Assembly (NCBI GenBank): GCA_964406665.1
Contig: CAYOSQ010000003.1
Location: 38,641 to 102,640, forward strand
Source of the DNA: an uncultured Planctomycetia bacterium
GTDB lineage: Bacteria > Omnitrophota > Gorgyraeia > VGKH01 > JBHPFN01
Direction of reading: 5' to 3'
Length of the DNA: 64,000 nucleotides
Shown one piece after another: positions 26,111 through 36,525 of this stretch (positions are counted from its first letter, which is position 1; the number at the start of each line of letters is the position of its first letter). The translations under genes and the position numbers were made by a program. The notes beneath the pieces are model-generated. The model was not told the origin of the DNA, searched no databases, and saw only the letters and a program-made list of their open reading frames with translations.

Positions 26111-27502
26111 ATGTTAAAGATGAAATCCCTTAAGCATGAAACCTTGTGGAGAAAGTTTTTACTAGCATTTATATTGATGTCTTTGGTCCCTATTTTGATC
26201 ATTGCATATATTATTCATTATGTTTTAAGACCAGAGACAAATTTAGAATGGACTCAAGTTCAATGGCTGATCTTCTGGTTAGTAGCTTCGTGTTTTGTTG
26301 GCTTTTGGATAGTTAGGCACATAATAACTACATTTCTTTCTATAACAAAAAATGCGCAAGATGTTGCAAGCGGAGATTTATCTACTCGTATCACAGTTGA
26401 TGAGAAAAATGAAATCAGCGAACTCGCCAGGTCGTTTAATCGCATTACAAAGCAGCTTGAAGAAAATATCCAAGAATTAGAGCGTTCTAAAAAATTATTG
26501 CAGGGAGTTCTTAATAAGGTTGGTGATGCTGTGGCATCTTTTCAGAATATTGATAAGTTTCTAGAATTGATTGTTTTTACTACAATTGAAACTGTGGATG
26601 CACAAAGCGGAAAGTTAATGCTGATTGATGAAGAAACTAATGAATTAGTTACTAAGATTTCTGCTGGTAAAATTAGTAAATCTAGCGCGGATAATATAAA
26701 GGTTGGCGAGGGAATAATTGGCATGGTTGCAAAAGACGGGAAATCAATTATTGCTTCTATTGTTGAAGATGATATCAGAAAGCCTGTTGTTTGCGTACCT
26801 TTGATTTATAGCGGCAAAATAATAGGTGTCTTGTCTTTAAGCGAAAGAAATGAAAAAGGTGAATTTACAGAAGATGACTTGGTTATTTTAAACGATTTGT
26901 CCAGCCAGATTTCGATCGCCTTAGATAATTATCGCTTAAGTCAGGATGTTGAGAAAACTTATGTTGAGACTATGACCGCTTTAGCTTTAGCTGTAGATGC
27001 TAGAGATCCGTATACCAGAGGTCACTGTAAAAGAGTTGCTGATTATTGCGTTAAAGTTGCCAAGGGTTTTGGTTTAAGTGAAGAGGAAGTAAAGCTTATG
27101 CATGACGCTAGTATTTTACATGATATTGGTAAAATCGGTGTACCGGATGAAATCTTAAGAAAGAAAACTCCTTTGACTGCATCAGAGTTAAAAATAATCC
27201 AGGAACATCCTGTAATCGGAGAAAAGATCTTAAAGCCGATCAGAAGTTTGAGTAATGTCTGTGATTTTGTTATGCATCATCATGAGAGAATAAACGGAGA
27301 GGGATATCCGGAGAAGCTAACAGCAAAGGATATTTCTCTACCGCTTAACATAATGATTGTAGCCGATGCTTTTGATGCTATGACTTCTGATAGGCCATAT
27401 CGAAAGGCCATGAATTTTAAGGAAGCAAAAAAGGAATTACTTGTCAATGGTGGTATCACTTTTGATAAGGTGGTAGTAGAAAAATTTGTTGAATTGGTGT
27501 AA
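26111..27502 (+). CDS. Membrane HAMP-GAF-HD-GYP signalling protein (probable c-di-GMP phosphodiesterase)
   Basis: 463 aa. Two TM helices, a HAMP-like segment, GAF, and a C-terminal HD..GYP (HDIGKIGVPDEIL ... HHERINGEGYP). Confidence 0.8.
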   Translation: MLKMKSLKHETLWRKFLLAFILMSLVPILIIAYIIHYVLRPETNLEWTQVQWLIFWLVASCFVGFWIVRHIITTFLSITKNAQDVASGDLSTRITVDEKNEISELARSFNRITKQLEENIQELERSKKLLQGVLNKVGDAVASFQNIDKFLELIVFTTIETVDAQSGKLMLIDEETNELVTKISAGKISKSSADNIKVGEGIIGMVAKDGKSIIASIVEDDIRKPVVCVPLIYSGKIIGVLSLSERNEKGEFTEDDLVILNDLSSQISIALDNYRLSQDVEKTYVETMTALALAVDARDPYTRGHCKRVADYCVKVAKGFGLSEEEVKLMHDASILHDIGKIGVPDEILRKKTPLTASELKIIQEHPVIGEKILKPIRSLSNVCDFVMHHHERINGEGYPEKLTAKDISLPLNIMIVADAFDAMTSDRPYRKAMNFKEAKKELLVNGGITFDKVVVEKFVELV

Positions 27503-27504
27503 AT

Positions 27505-28575
27505 TTGAAAATAATTAGAAGAAAAACTAAAATCATTGATGTCGCTGGAGTAAAGATTGGCGGCAAAGCTCCCATAGCTATCCAATCAATGACTAAAACT
27601 CCAACAAGCGATGTAGCAAAGACTGTAAAGCAAATTAAAAGTCTAAAAGCTGCAGGGTGTCATATTGTGCGTGTAGCGGTTCCAGATATGGCTTCGGCTG
27701 AAGCGATAAAGAGCATCAAAAAAAAGGTAGATATTCCCTTAGTTGCGGATATACATTTTAATTATAAATTAGCTCTTAAGGCTATCGATTGCGGTATTGA
27801 TAAAATACGTCTTAATCCTGGTAATATTTATAAGAAGCAAGAAGTTGAAAAAGTAGTTAAGCTTGCTACGAAACACAAGATACCGATTAGAGTTGGTGTT
27901 AACTCAGGCTCTGTTAAGAAAGCTCGCAATTCTAGCATGGTTGATTGCATAGTTTCTTCTGCCCTGAAGTATATTAAGTTATTAGAAAGTTTTGGGTTTT
28001 ATGATATCGTTGTTTCTTTAAAAGCTTCTAGTATTCTGGAGACTATTGAGGCGTATAGAAAGATGTCAAAAAAATGCAACTATCCAATGCATTTAGGAGT
28101 TACGGCTACAGGAATGTATTCTTCTGCGATTGTTAAGTCGGTATTGGGCATTGGCAGTTTACTTGTAGATGGGATTGGCGACACAATAAGAGTATCATTA
28201 ACAGGTAAGCCTGAAGATGAAGTAGCACTCGCCCAAGAAATTTTACAAGCTTTGGGGTTGGGTAGCTTTGGCCCTGAGATAATTTCTTGTCCAACTTGTG
28301 GCCGGTGTAATGTTGATTTGGTTAACATAGTTAAGAATTTTACTCAATATGTTAAAAATAATCAGAATGGAACAAGGTTAAAATCTTCTCGTGTTGCCAT
28401 AATGGGTTGTTTTGTTAATGGCCCCGGAGAGGCAAAAGAAGCTGATGCGGGAGTTGCCTTTGGTAGAAATTCAGGTTTGGTATTTAGAAAAGGTAATCCT
28501 ATAAAAAAGATGTCACAAAAGCAGGCATTTAATTTTCTATTTAACGAATTAAGAACCAAGAAAAAACAAGGTTAG
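27505..28575 (+). CDS. ispG: 4-hydroxy-3-methylbut-2-enyl diphosphate synthase
   Basis: 356 aa. TTG start. IAIQSMTKT, CPTCGRC 4Fe-4S ligands, GCFVNGPGE. Confidence 0.9.
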   Translation: MKIIRRKTKIIDVAGVKIGGKAPIAIQSMTKTPTSDVAKTVKQIKSLKAAGCHIVRVAVPDMASAEAIKSIKKKVDIPLVADIHFNYKLALKAIDCGIDKIRLNPGNIYKKQEVEKVVKLATKHKIPIRVGVNSGSVKKARNSSMVDCIVSSALKYIKLLESFGFYDIVVSLKASSILETIEAYRKMSKKCNYPMHLGVTATGMYSSAIVKSVLGIGSLLVDGIGDTIRVSLTGKPEDEVALAQEILQALGLGSFGPEIISCPTCGRCNVDLVNIVKNFTQYVKNNQNGTRLKSSRVAIMGCFVNGPGEAKEADAGVAFGRNSGLVFRKGNPIKKMSQKQAFNFLFNELRTKKKQG

Positions 28576-28581
28576 GTTAAT

Positions 28582-29838
28582 ATGCGCTGGTCAAATTATT
28601 TGATTCCAACATTAAAAGAGGCACCAGAAGGTACAGAGGCAATAAGTCACAATCTTCTGCTGCGTGCAGGATTAGTTCGCATGCTTACTTCCGGGGTATA
28701 CATATATTTACCTCTGGGTCTTAGAGTATTAAATAATATTAAAGAAATTATCCGACAGGAACTTGATAAAGTTGGTTGCCAGGAACTTTTGTTGCCGGGA
28801 TTAATTCCATTAGAGCTATGGAAAAAAACAGGCAGGGATGAAGATTTAGCTCAAACACTGATTAGGTTTGAGGATAGGCGTGGCAGACAGTTAACCTTAG
28901 GCCCTACACATGAAGAAGTGATCACCGAGCTAGTTAGGACTCACGTACATTCTTATAGGGATTTGCCTATAACGCTTTATCAAATCCAAACTAAATTCCG
29001 AGATGAGATGCGTCCTCGGTTTGGACTTATCAGAGGATGTGAGTTTGTTATGAAAGATGCCTATAGTTTTGATCGGGATGAAAAAGGTCTCCAGAAAAGT
29101 TATCAGGTAATGTTTGAGGTTTACAAAAAAATATTCAATAGAATGAGACTTGATTTTTTAATTACTGAGGCTGATTCTGGCGTAATGGGTGGTGATATTT
29201 CTCACGAATTTATGATTCCTGCAGCCAGTGGTGAGGATATTGTTTTAACGTGCAATAAATGCGGGTTCTCTCAAACTGGTTCCCAAGAAGATGAAGATAT
29301 TAAATGTAAGAAATGCAAGGGTAAGCTTGAGAAAAAACAAGCGATTGAAGTTGGCCACATTTTCCAGCTGGGAACTAAGTATAGTAAATTACAAGGTGCA
29401 AATTATCTAGATAAAAACGGTAAACAACAGACAATTATAATGGGCTGTTATGGTATCGGCGTTAGTCGTTTGATATCTGCAGTTATTGAGCAAAATTACG
29501 ATGAACAGGGAATAAAGTGGCCTTTTGAGGTCGCCCCGTTTAAAGTGATAATAGTGCCTGTAAAAGCAGAGCCAAAACTAGAAAAATTAGCTCAAAGCTA
29601 TTATCAAGAGTTAAAGGAAAATGGTATTGAAGTATTATTGGATGATCGCGATATTTCTACAGGGGTGAAATTCAAAGATTCAGAATTAATTGGTATCCCG
29701 GTAAGTGTTATTATAGGTGAGAAGAATTTGAAAGATGGTAAGATTGAGATTAAGATACGTTCGGAAAAAGAGGCAATTAAGGTCGATAAAGATAAAGTAG
29801 TTGTACATGTATTAAAAATAATCAAAGAAGGTAAGTAA
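28582..29838 (+). CDS. proS: Prolyl-tRNA synthetase, short bacterial form lacking the INS editing domain
   Basis: 418 aa. Class II motifs (FRDE, GCYGIG), C-terminal anticodon-binding domain. A CNKCG...CKKCKG mini zinc ribbon occupies the INS position. Confidence 0.9.
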   Translation: MRWSNYLIPTLKEAPEGTEAISHNLLLRAGLVRMLTSGVYIYLPLGLRVLNNIKEIIRQELDKVGCQELLLPGLIPLELWKKTGRDEDLAQTLIRFEDRRGRQLTLGPTHEEVITELVRTHVHSYRDLPITLYQIQTKFRDEMRPRFGLIRGCEFVMKDAYSFDRDEKGLQKSYQVMFEVYKKIFNRMRLDFLITEADSGVMGGDISHEFMIPAASGEDIVLTCNKCGFSQTGSQEDEDIKCKKCKGKLEKKQAIEVGHIFQLGTKYSKLQGANYLDKNGKQQTIIMGCYGIGVSRLISAVIEQNYDEQGIKWPFEVAPFKVIIVPVKAEPKLEKLAQSYYQELKENGIEVLLDDRDISTGVKFKDSELIGIPVSVIIGEKNLKDGKIEIKIRSEKEAIKVDKDKVVVHVLKIIKEGK

Positions 29839-29844
29839 GGTATT

Positions 29845-30297
29845 ATGGAAAACGTAGTTGAAAAAATCGTAGATTTGATTTCGCCATTACTTGAAAGAGA
29901 AAAGATGGTTTTAGTCGATTTGAATATGCATAAAGGCAATAGAAAGATAGATTTAAAATTTCTTATCGATAGATGCAATGGAGGAATTACCTTAGATGAA
30001 TGTTCAAACATTAATTATAAAATTGGTAAATTAATTGAAGACGAGAATATAATACAAGAACATTATGTTCTTGAGGTTTCTTCTCCAGGATTAAAAAGAC
30101 CTTTATTTAATGTAAGTGATTTTAAAAGAGCTATCAATAAAGAAGCACATTTTTTCTTAAAAGATGCTATAGAAGACAAGCTAGAATTAAACGGTAAGAT
30201 TTTAACTGTTGACGAAGCTTGTGTTTCTGTTTTAGTTGAAGAGAAAGAAATAAAAATCCCTGTGGATACAATTGAGAAAGCAAAACAAATAATTTAA
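29845..30297 (+). CDS. rimP: Ribosome maturation factor RimP
   Basis: 150 aa. LEVSSPGLKRPL motif. Conserved position upstream of nusA. Confidence 0.85.
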   Translation: MENVVEKIVDLISPLLEREKMVLVDLNMHKGNRKIDLKFLIDRCNGGITLDECSNINYKIGKLIEDENIIQEHYVLEVSSPGLKRPLFNVSDFKRAINKEAHFFLKDAIEDKLELNGKILTVDEACVSVLVEEKEIKIPVDTIEKAKQII

Positions 30298-30313
30298 ACT
30301 TGCGAGGTATGTT

Positions 30314-31537
30314 ATGAATGAAGAACTTATGGCAATATTGGAACAACTTGAAAGAGATAAGGGTATAAAGAAAGAAATACTTATTGAGGCGGTAGAATCT
30401 GCTTTAGCAAGTGCTGCTAGAAAAGTATGGACTGGCGATAAGGAAGTCGATATAAAGGTAGAATTAGATAGGACAACTGGTAAGATCCGTGCATTCGCCG
30501 GAGACGAAGAAATAAAGTCTAATGATTTTGGCCGTATCGCCGCACAAACTGCTAAACAGGTTGTTATACAAAAAATTCGAGAAGCGGAGAAAGAAGTTAT
30601 CTATGGAGAATTCCAAGGTAGAGTTGGTGAAATAGTAAGCGGAACAGTCTATCGATTTGAAAAAGGTAATATTATTGTAGATTTAGGCAAGACAGAAGGC
30701 ATAATTCCTAAAAGCGAACAGTCAAATAAAGAAGAATTCCGTCAGGGAGAGCGTGTAAGAGCGTACGTTGCAGAAGTAAGAAAAGAAACCAGGGGGCCGC
30801 AAGTAGTGTTGTCTCGTACGCATCCATTTCTTGTTAGAAAATTATTTGAACTGGAAGTTCCTGAAATATACGAATCTATAGTTGAAATTAAGTCTATCTC
30901 GCGTGAAGCAGGAGACAGAACTAAAATAGCAGTTTGGTCAAAAGACGAAAAAGTAGATTGTGTAGGTGCCTGTGTTGGAATGCGTGGTTCACGTGTTAAG
31001 AATATTGTATCTGAACTACATGGTGAGAGAATAGACATTGTTAGATGGTCTGATGATACAAAACAATATATTACAGCCGCATTAAGCCCGGCGAAAATTC
31101 ACAGCATAAGATTAGATAGCGAAGAACATAGAGCAGCGGTGATAGTCGAAGAAGATCAGTTGTCGTTAGCCATAGGAAAAAGCGGACAGAATGTCAGGCT
31201 TGCTTCTAAGGTTACTGGCTGGGAATTAGATATACGTACTCAGGCTCAGGAAAATGAAGCTGATAAAAAGAAAGAAGAAGAGAAGGCTGTTGAGAAAAAA
31301 GCGGATGTCAAAAAAGCAGTGGCAAAAGAACCTAAGGCCAAGGAAGCTGATTTTACTTCTTTTTCTGGCGTAGGAGATAAAATGGCAGAATCTTTAAAAG
31401 AGGCTGGATTTGTTTCTGTTGAAGACATTGCTGCGGCTAAGCTTGAGGATTTATTAAAGGTAAAACGACTAGGAGAAAAGAAGGCTCAGGGTTTGATAAA
31501 AGAAGCAAAGAAACTTGCAAAGAAAGCAAAGAAATAA
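30314..31537 (+). CDS. nusA: Transcription termination/antitermination factor NusA
   Basis: 407 aa. S1 and KH domains, C-terminal acidic/helix-hairpin-helix region. Confidence 0.95.
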   Translation: MNEELMAILEQLERDKGIKKEILIEAVESALASAARKVWTGDKEVDIKVELDRTTGKIRAFAGDEEIKSNDFGRIAAQTAKQVVIQKIREAEKEVIYGEFQGRVGEIVSGTVYRFEKGNIIVDLGKTEGIIPKSEQSNKEEFRQGERVRAYVAEVRKETRGPQVVLSRTHPFLVRKLFELEVPEIYESIVEIKSISREAGDRTKIAVWSKDEKVDCVGACVGMRGSRVKNIVSELHGERIDIVRWSDDTKQYITAALSPAKIHSIRLDSEEHRAAVIVEEDQLSLAIGKSGQNVRLASKVTGWELDIRTQAQENEADKKKEEEKAVEKKADVKKAVAKEPKAKEADFTSFSGVGDKMAESLKEAGFVSVEDIAAAKLEDLLKVKRLGEKKAQGLIKEAKKLAKKAKK

Positions 31538-31572
31538 TTATATTATATAATTAAGAAAAGGATAGAAAATAC

Positions 31573-33756
31573 ATGCGCGTTCATGAACTAGCCAAGGAGC
31601 TAAAAATATCTAGCAACGAACTAATCGATAAGCTTAAAAAGATTAAAGTGAAAGTTAAAGGCCATATGTCTGCTTTGGATGTTTCTGTTGTAGAAAAAAT
31701 TAAGAAAGAATCAAAAGCCTCTAAGCCAAAAAAAGAAAAAGCAAAGAAAGAAGTAAAGCTTAAAGCAAAAAAGACTAAAGCTCCAGCAGCTAAGAAAAAA
31801 CAAGCAGCAAAACCAAAAACAAGAAAAAAGGCAGCTCCTAAGGCAAAAACTGAAGCTGCTAGCTTACCTGTAGAAGAAGCTATGGAGGAGGTTGCTGAAG
31901 TTAAAGAAGATGTTGAGGTCAAGAGTCAAGTATCAGCTGAAGAAAATCTTGATGAAGAAATAATTGCTGAAGAAGAAGTTCCTGAGGTTGACGATGGTCT
32001 AGAACCGTTAGAATTGGATATCCCAATTTCGGTTAAGGATCTTTCTATCAAGCTTCAACTAAAACCCAGTTTATTAATGAAAGAATTAATAGGCATGGGA
32101 GTATTTGCCAACATTAATCAAAGTTTAGATGAAGAAATAGCAAAGAATATTTTGGTTAAATATGGATTCAGGCTTAAGAAATCGCTTACACAGGAAGAGC
32201 GAATCTTAGAATTCCATCGGCAAGAATCAGTAGATGAAGGAAGTATGCATCATCGTCCTCCGGTAGTTACTTTTATGGGTCATGTTGATCATGGAAAGAC
32301 TTCTCTGCTAGATTTAATTCGAAAGACAAAGATTGCTGAGAAAGAGCACGGTGGTATCACTCAGCATATCGGTGCGTATAAAGTTAAATTAGGTAAGGGG
32401 CAAATTACTTTTTTAGATACTCCGGGTCATGAAGCTTTTACAGCGATGCGTGCACGAGGAGCTAATATTACGGATGTTGTTGTCTTGGTAGTTGCTGCTG
32501 ACGAAGGGATTATGCCTCAAACCGTTGAGGCGATTAACCATTCTCGCGCAGCAGAGGTTCCTATCGTTGTTGCAATTAATAAAATCGATCGTCCTAATGC
32601 CGATATTGATAAAGTAAAAAAACAGCTTGCTGATTTAGATTTAAATCCAGAAGATTGGGGTGGCAAGACGATTACCGCAGGAGTTTCTGCTAAAACAGGT
32701 GAAGGTATTGACAATTTACTTGAGTTGATTCTTTTAGAAGCTGAAATGTTGGAGTTAAAAGCAAATCATGAAAAGAATGCATCCGGGATAGTAGTTGAGG
32801 CAAAAATTAGCAAGGGAAAGGGTTCATTAATAACAGCTATTGTTCACGATGGAAGTTTACATGTTGGAGATATTGTTATAGTCGGTAATTTTTATGGGAA
32901 AGTGCGCGCCCTTTTAGATGATAGGGAGCATAAAATAACAGCAGCCGGGCCCTCATCTCCGGTAGAGATCCTGGGTATTAATGGTGTTCCTGAAGCCGGT
33001 GAGCAATTTTATGTTGTAGATGACGAAAGAACTGCCCGGGATATTTGTTTTAAGCGTCAAGAATTAAAAAAGAAAGAGAAGATGCAGCCAGCTCATAAGC
33101 TAAGTCTGGATGAGATTTATAGTCAGATTAAGGCTGGAAAAGTTAAAGAAGTAAGGTTGGTTGTTAAAGCTGATGTGCAAGGTTCCCTGGAAGCTTTAAA
33201 GGATTCTTTGGATAAGTTACCAACTGCAGAGGTAAAGCTAAAAGTTATCCATTCAGGAGTCGGAGTTATTAATGCATCTGATGTTGTTTTAGCTAGTGCA
33301 TCAAATGCAATAATCATGGGATTCCATGTTGAAATAGCTCCTGCTGTTGAAGAGCAGGCTGAGAAAGAAGGCATAGACATCAGGACATATCGTATTATTT
33401 ACGATGCCGTAAGTGATATTAAAGCTGCCTTAGAAGGTTTATTAGAACCGAAGGTAAAGAAAGTGTTTATTGCCCGTGCAGAAATTAGACAAGTGTTTAA
33501 ATTATCCAGGCATGGAATAGTAGCTGGTTCTTTTGTTCAAAAGGGAAAGATTACCAGAAACCTCCATGCTGAATTATCCAGAAACGGAGAGGTGGTTTAT
33601 CAGGGAAAACTTTCTTCTCTTAAGAGATTTAAAGATGATGTTAAAGAGGTGGCTGAAGGTTTCGAGTGCGGTTTTACCCTGGATGATTTTACTGAATATA
33701 TGCAGGGAGACATAGTAGATTTCTATACTATTGAAAAAATAGCAAGAACATTATAG
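31573..33756 (+). CDS. infB: Translation initiation factor IF-2
   Basis: 727 aa. Lys/Ala-rich N-region. G-domain GHVDHGKTSLLD, DTPGHEAF, NKID. Confidence 0.95.
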   Translation: MRVHELAKELKISSNELIDKLKKIKVKVKGHMSALDVSVVEKIKKESKASKPKKEKAKKEVKLKAKKTKAPAAKKKQAAKPKTRKKAAPKAKTEAASLPVEEAMEEVAEVKEDVEVKSQVSAEENLDEEIIAEEEVPEVDDGLEPLELDIPISVKDLSIKLQLKPSLLMKELIGMGVFANINQSLDEEIAKNILVKYGFRLKKSLTQEERILEFHRQESVDEGSMHHRPPVVTFMGHVDHGKTSLLDLIRKTKIAEKEHGGITQHIGAYKVKLGKGQITFLDTPGHEAFTAMRARGANITDVVVLVVAADEGIMPQTVEAINHSRAAEVPIVVAINKIDRPNADIDKVKKQLADLDLNPEDWGGKTITAGVSAKTGEGIDNLLELILLEAEMLELKANHEKNASGIVVEAKISKGKGSLITAIVHDGSLHVGDIVIVGNFYGKVRALLDDREHKITAAGPSSPVEILGINGVPEAGEQFYVVDDERTARDICFKRQELKKKEKMQPAHKLSLDEIYSQIKAGKVKEVRLVVKADVQGSLEALKDSLDKLPTAEVKLKVIHSGVGVINASDVVLASASNAIIMGFHVEIAPAVEEQAEKEGIDIRTYRIIYDAVSDIKAALEGLLEPKVKKVFIARAEIRQVFKLSRHGIVAGSFVQKGKITRNLHAELSRNGEVVYQGKLSSLKRFKDDVKEVAEGFECGFTLDDFTEYMQGDIVDFYTIEKIARTL

Positions 33757-33772
33757 AGGAGGTATTATAATA

Positions 33773-34765
33773 ATGTCTACAACGGCAAAAAAGCGCATTT
33801 TAAGTGGTATGAGGCCTACAGGAAAATTACATTTGGGTCATTTAGTTGGCGCTTTGAGCAATTGGACAGAATTACAGCAAGAGTATGAATGTTATTTTAT
33901 GGTTGCTGATTGGCATTCGCTTATGAGTGAATACATGAATCCAAAAACCATAATAGAAAATTCTTTAGATAATGTTATTGATTGGATAAGTTGCGGCATT
34001 GATTACGAAAAATCTACAATTTTTCTTCAATCTGATGTAAGCGAGCACTTAGAGTTAAATATGCTTTTCTCCTGTATAACACCTTTAGGCTGGCTTAAAA
34101 GATGTCCCACCTATAAAGAACAACTTAAAGAAGTAAAAGACAAAGATTTAGAAACTTATGCATTCTTAGGTTATCCAGTATTGCAGGCCGCTGATATTCT
34201 TATGTATAAGGCTAACGCAGTCCCCGTAGGCGAGGATCAACTTCCACACTTGGAATTAACGCGTGAGTTAGCACGCAGATTCAATCATCTTTATAAAGCT
34301 AATTTACCTGAACCTAAAGCATTGCTAACGAAGATCCCCAGATTATTAGGTCTAGATGGACGTAAGATGAGTAAGTCGTATAAGAATACTATTGATTTAT
34401 CTGATTCGATTACTGATGTAAAGAAGAAGGTTCAGGGTATGTTTACAGATCCTAAGCGAATACGTAGAAATGATCCCGGACATCCGGACAAATGCAATGT
34501 ACTTAATTACTATTCTGTATTTGCACCAGAGAAAAAAGAAGAAATCGCCGAAGGCTGTAAAAAAGCCGAGATAGGGTGTACTGAATGCAAAAAAATGCTT
34601 GCAGATATATTGGTAGGTATTTTAAGTCCTATACAGGAGAAAAGAAATGAGCTATTGAAAGAAAAAGACAAGCTGAAAGTTATACTGCAAAATGGTAAAG
34701 AAAAAGCGCAAAAGGCAGCCCGAGAAACTTTAAAAGAAGCAAAAGAGGCAATGTTTAAGAAATGA
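33773..34765 (+). CDS. trpS: Tryptophanyl-tRNA synthetase
   Basis: 330 aa. HLGH-type motif (GKLHLGHLVGA), KMSKS. Confidence 0.9.
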   Translation: MSTTAKKRILSGMRPTGKLHLGHLVGALSNWTELQQEYECYFMVADWHSLMSEYMNPKTIIENSLDNVIDWISCGIDYEKSTIFLQSDVSEHLELNMLFSCITPLGWLKRCPTYKEQLKEVKDKDLETYAFLGYPVLQAADILMYKANAVPVGEDQLPHLELTRELARRFNHLYKANLPEPKALLTKIPRLLGLDGRKMSKSYKNTIDLSDSITDVKKKVQGMFTDPKRIRRNDPGHPDKCNVLNYYSVFAPEKKEEIAEGCKKAEIGCTECKKMLADILVGILSPIQEKRNELLKEKDKLKVILQNGKEKAQKAARETLKEAKEAMFKK

Positions 34766-35517
34766 ACTATAAGCTAAAATTAGAATTTTTCGAAGGTCCA
34801 TTAGACCTTTTATTATATCTCATTAAAAAAAATGAAGTTAATATTTGTGACATATCTATTGCAGATGTCACGGAGCAGTATTTACAGTATATAGAGTTAA
34901 TGAAATTGTTAGATTTAGATGTTATCGGAGATTTTCTTGTTATGGCGGCAACTTTAATTCAGATAAAATCAAGGATGCTTCTTCCTCAGGAAGAAACTCA
35001 AGAAGAGGAAGAAGAAGATCCAAGGTCAGAATTAGTTAAAAGGCTTCTTGAATACCAGAAGTTTAAAGAGGCAGCAACTGAGTTGCGCGAAAGAGAAGTT
35101 AAGCAAAAAGAATTTTTTGTGCGTCCTGCGGATGATTCGATTAAAGCCGAACATCAGGAAAAAGAAGTATATTTTGAAGCAAGCCTCTTTGATTTGATTA
35201 GTGCATTCTCAAATGCACTTAAAGATTTGCCCAAGGAAGCTTTTTATGAAATAATTAAAGATGAATATACGGTCGATGAGAAAATTCACGATTTATTACA
35301 CATGCTTCTTATAAAACCAGAAGTTAGTATCGTCGATCTATTTAAGAGATCAAGAAATAAGTTGGAAGTTGTAGCTTACTTTTTAGCGATTTTAGAGTTA
35401 ATTCGTCTTAAAGAAATTGTTGTAGTACAGAGGCAGGTATTTGGGGAAATTAAAATTATAAGAAATACATCTAACATAACCATAGATGGAAGAAAATCGC
35501 CAGAGACTAATAGTTAA
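34762..35517 (+). CDS. scpA: Segregation and condensation protein A
   Basis: 251 aa. N-terminal FEGPLDLLLYLI signature. Confidence 0.85.
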   Translation: MNYKLKLEFFEGPLDLLLYLIKKNEVNICDISIADVTEQYLQYIELMKLLDLDVIGDFLVMAATLIQIKSRMLLPQEETQEEEEEDPRSELVKRLLEYQKFKEAATELREREVKQKEFFVRPADDSIKAEHQEKEVYFEASLFDLISAFSNALKDLPKEAFYEIIKDEYTVDEKIHDLLHMLLIKPEVSIVDLFKRSRNKLEVVAYFLAILELIRLKEIVVVQRQVFGEIKIIRNTSNITIDGRKSPETNS

Positions 35518-36517
35518 TCAAGAAACAGAAGAGGATATAGTAGTAAATATATCTTTGCGACCCACTAATCTTTCTGAGTTTGTAGGTCAGAAGGATTTGG
35601 TTGATAATTTACAGGTTTCCTTAACAGCTGCTAAACAGCGTTTAGAACCACTTGAGCATGTTTTGTTATCCGGTCCTCCTGGGTTAGGGAAGACTTCTTT
35701 GTCTCATATTATTGCTCATGAGATGGGTACAAAGATAACAGCTACTTCTGGTCCTGCAATTGAGAGGGCAGGAGATTTAATAGGAATACTAACGAACTTG
35801 GAAAAGGGTGACATTCTTTTCATTGATGAAATTCACCGGCTTTCAAAGGTAGTTGAAGAGTTTCTCTATCCTGCAATGGAAAATTTCCAAATAGATTTTA
35901 TTATTGATAAAGGCCCTTATGCGAAAACCATAAAATTTAATCTTAAGCCCTTTACTTTAGTTGGCGCAACAACTCGAAGTGGTTTATTGACTGCTCCTTT
36001 AAGGGCTCGTTTCGGAATTTTACATCATCTAGATTTTTATTCAGATGAAGATTTAAGCTGCATTGTCAAGAATTCTGCAAAAGCGCTTAATCTAGAGATT
36101 GAAGATGATGCTACGGTTGCGATAGCCCGTAGGTCTCGGGGAACTCCCCGGATTGCTAATAGATTGTTGCGCAGGGTAAGAGATTATGCACAGGTCAAGC
36201 ACCCTAAAGAAAAAGTCAATCAAGAGTTAGTGGGCAAAGCTTTAACTGCAATCGGCATAGACAATGCCGGCTTAGATGAAATTGACAGGAAAGTGTTAAA
36301 AATAATTTTAAATACTTATAAAGGTGGACCCGTAGGCATTGATTCTTTAGCAGCAACCCTAAACGAAGAAGTGGATACTATAGTGGATTGCATCGAACCA
36401 TATTTGCTTAAGGCAGGTTTTTTAAAAAGAACAACTAGGGGCCGCCAGCTAACAGATGTAGCGTATAAACACTTCGATAAACCTCGCAAAACTCGAGCTG
36501 AGAAAGAATTGTTCTAA
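35486..36517 (+). CDS. ruvB: Holliday junction branch migration ATPase RuvB
   Basis: 343 aa. LRP..L.EFVGQ, GPPGLGKTSL Walker A, DEIHRL. Confidence 0.9.
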   Translation: MEENRQRLIVNQETEEDIVVNISLRPTNLSEFVGQKDLVDNLQVSLTAAKQRLEPLEHVLLSGPPGLGKTSLSHIIAHEMGTKITATSGPAIERAGDLIGILTNLEKGDILFIDEIHRLSKVVEEFLYPAMENFQIDFIIDKGPYAKTIKFNLKPFTLVGATTRSGLLTAPLRARFGILHHLDFYSDEDLSCIVKNSAKALNLEIEDDATVAIARRSRGTPRIANRLLRRVRDYAQVKHPKEKVNQELVGKALTAIGIDNAGLDEIDRKVLKIILNTYKGGPVGIDSLAATLNEEVDTIVDCIEPYLLKAGFLKRTTRGRQLTDVAYKHFDKPRKTRAEKELF

Positions 36518-36525
36518 GTTTAAAT

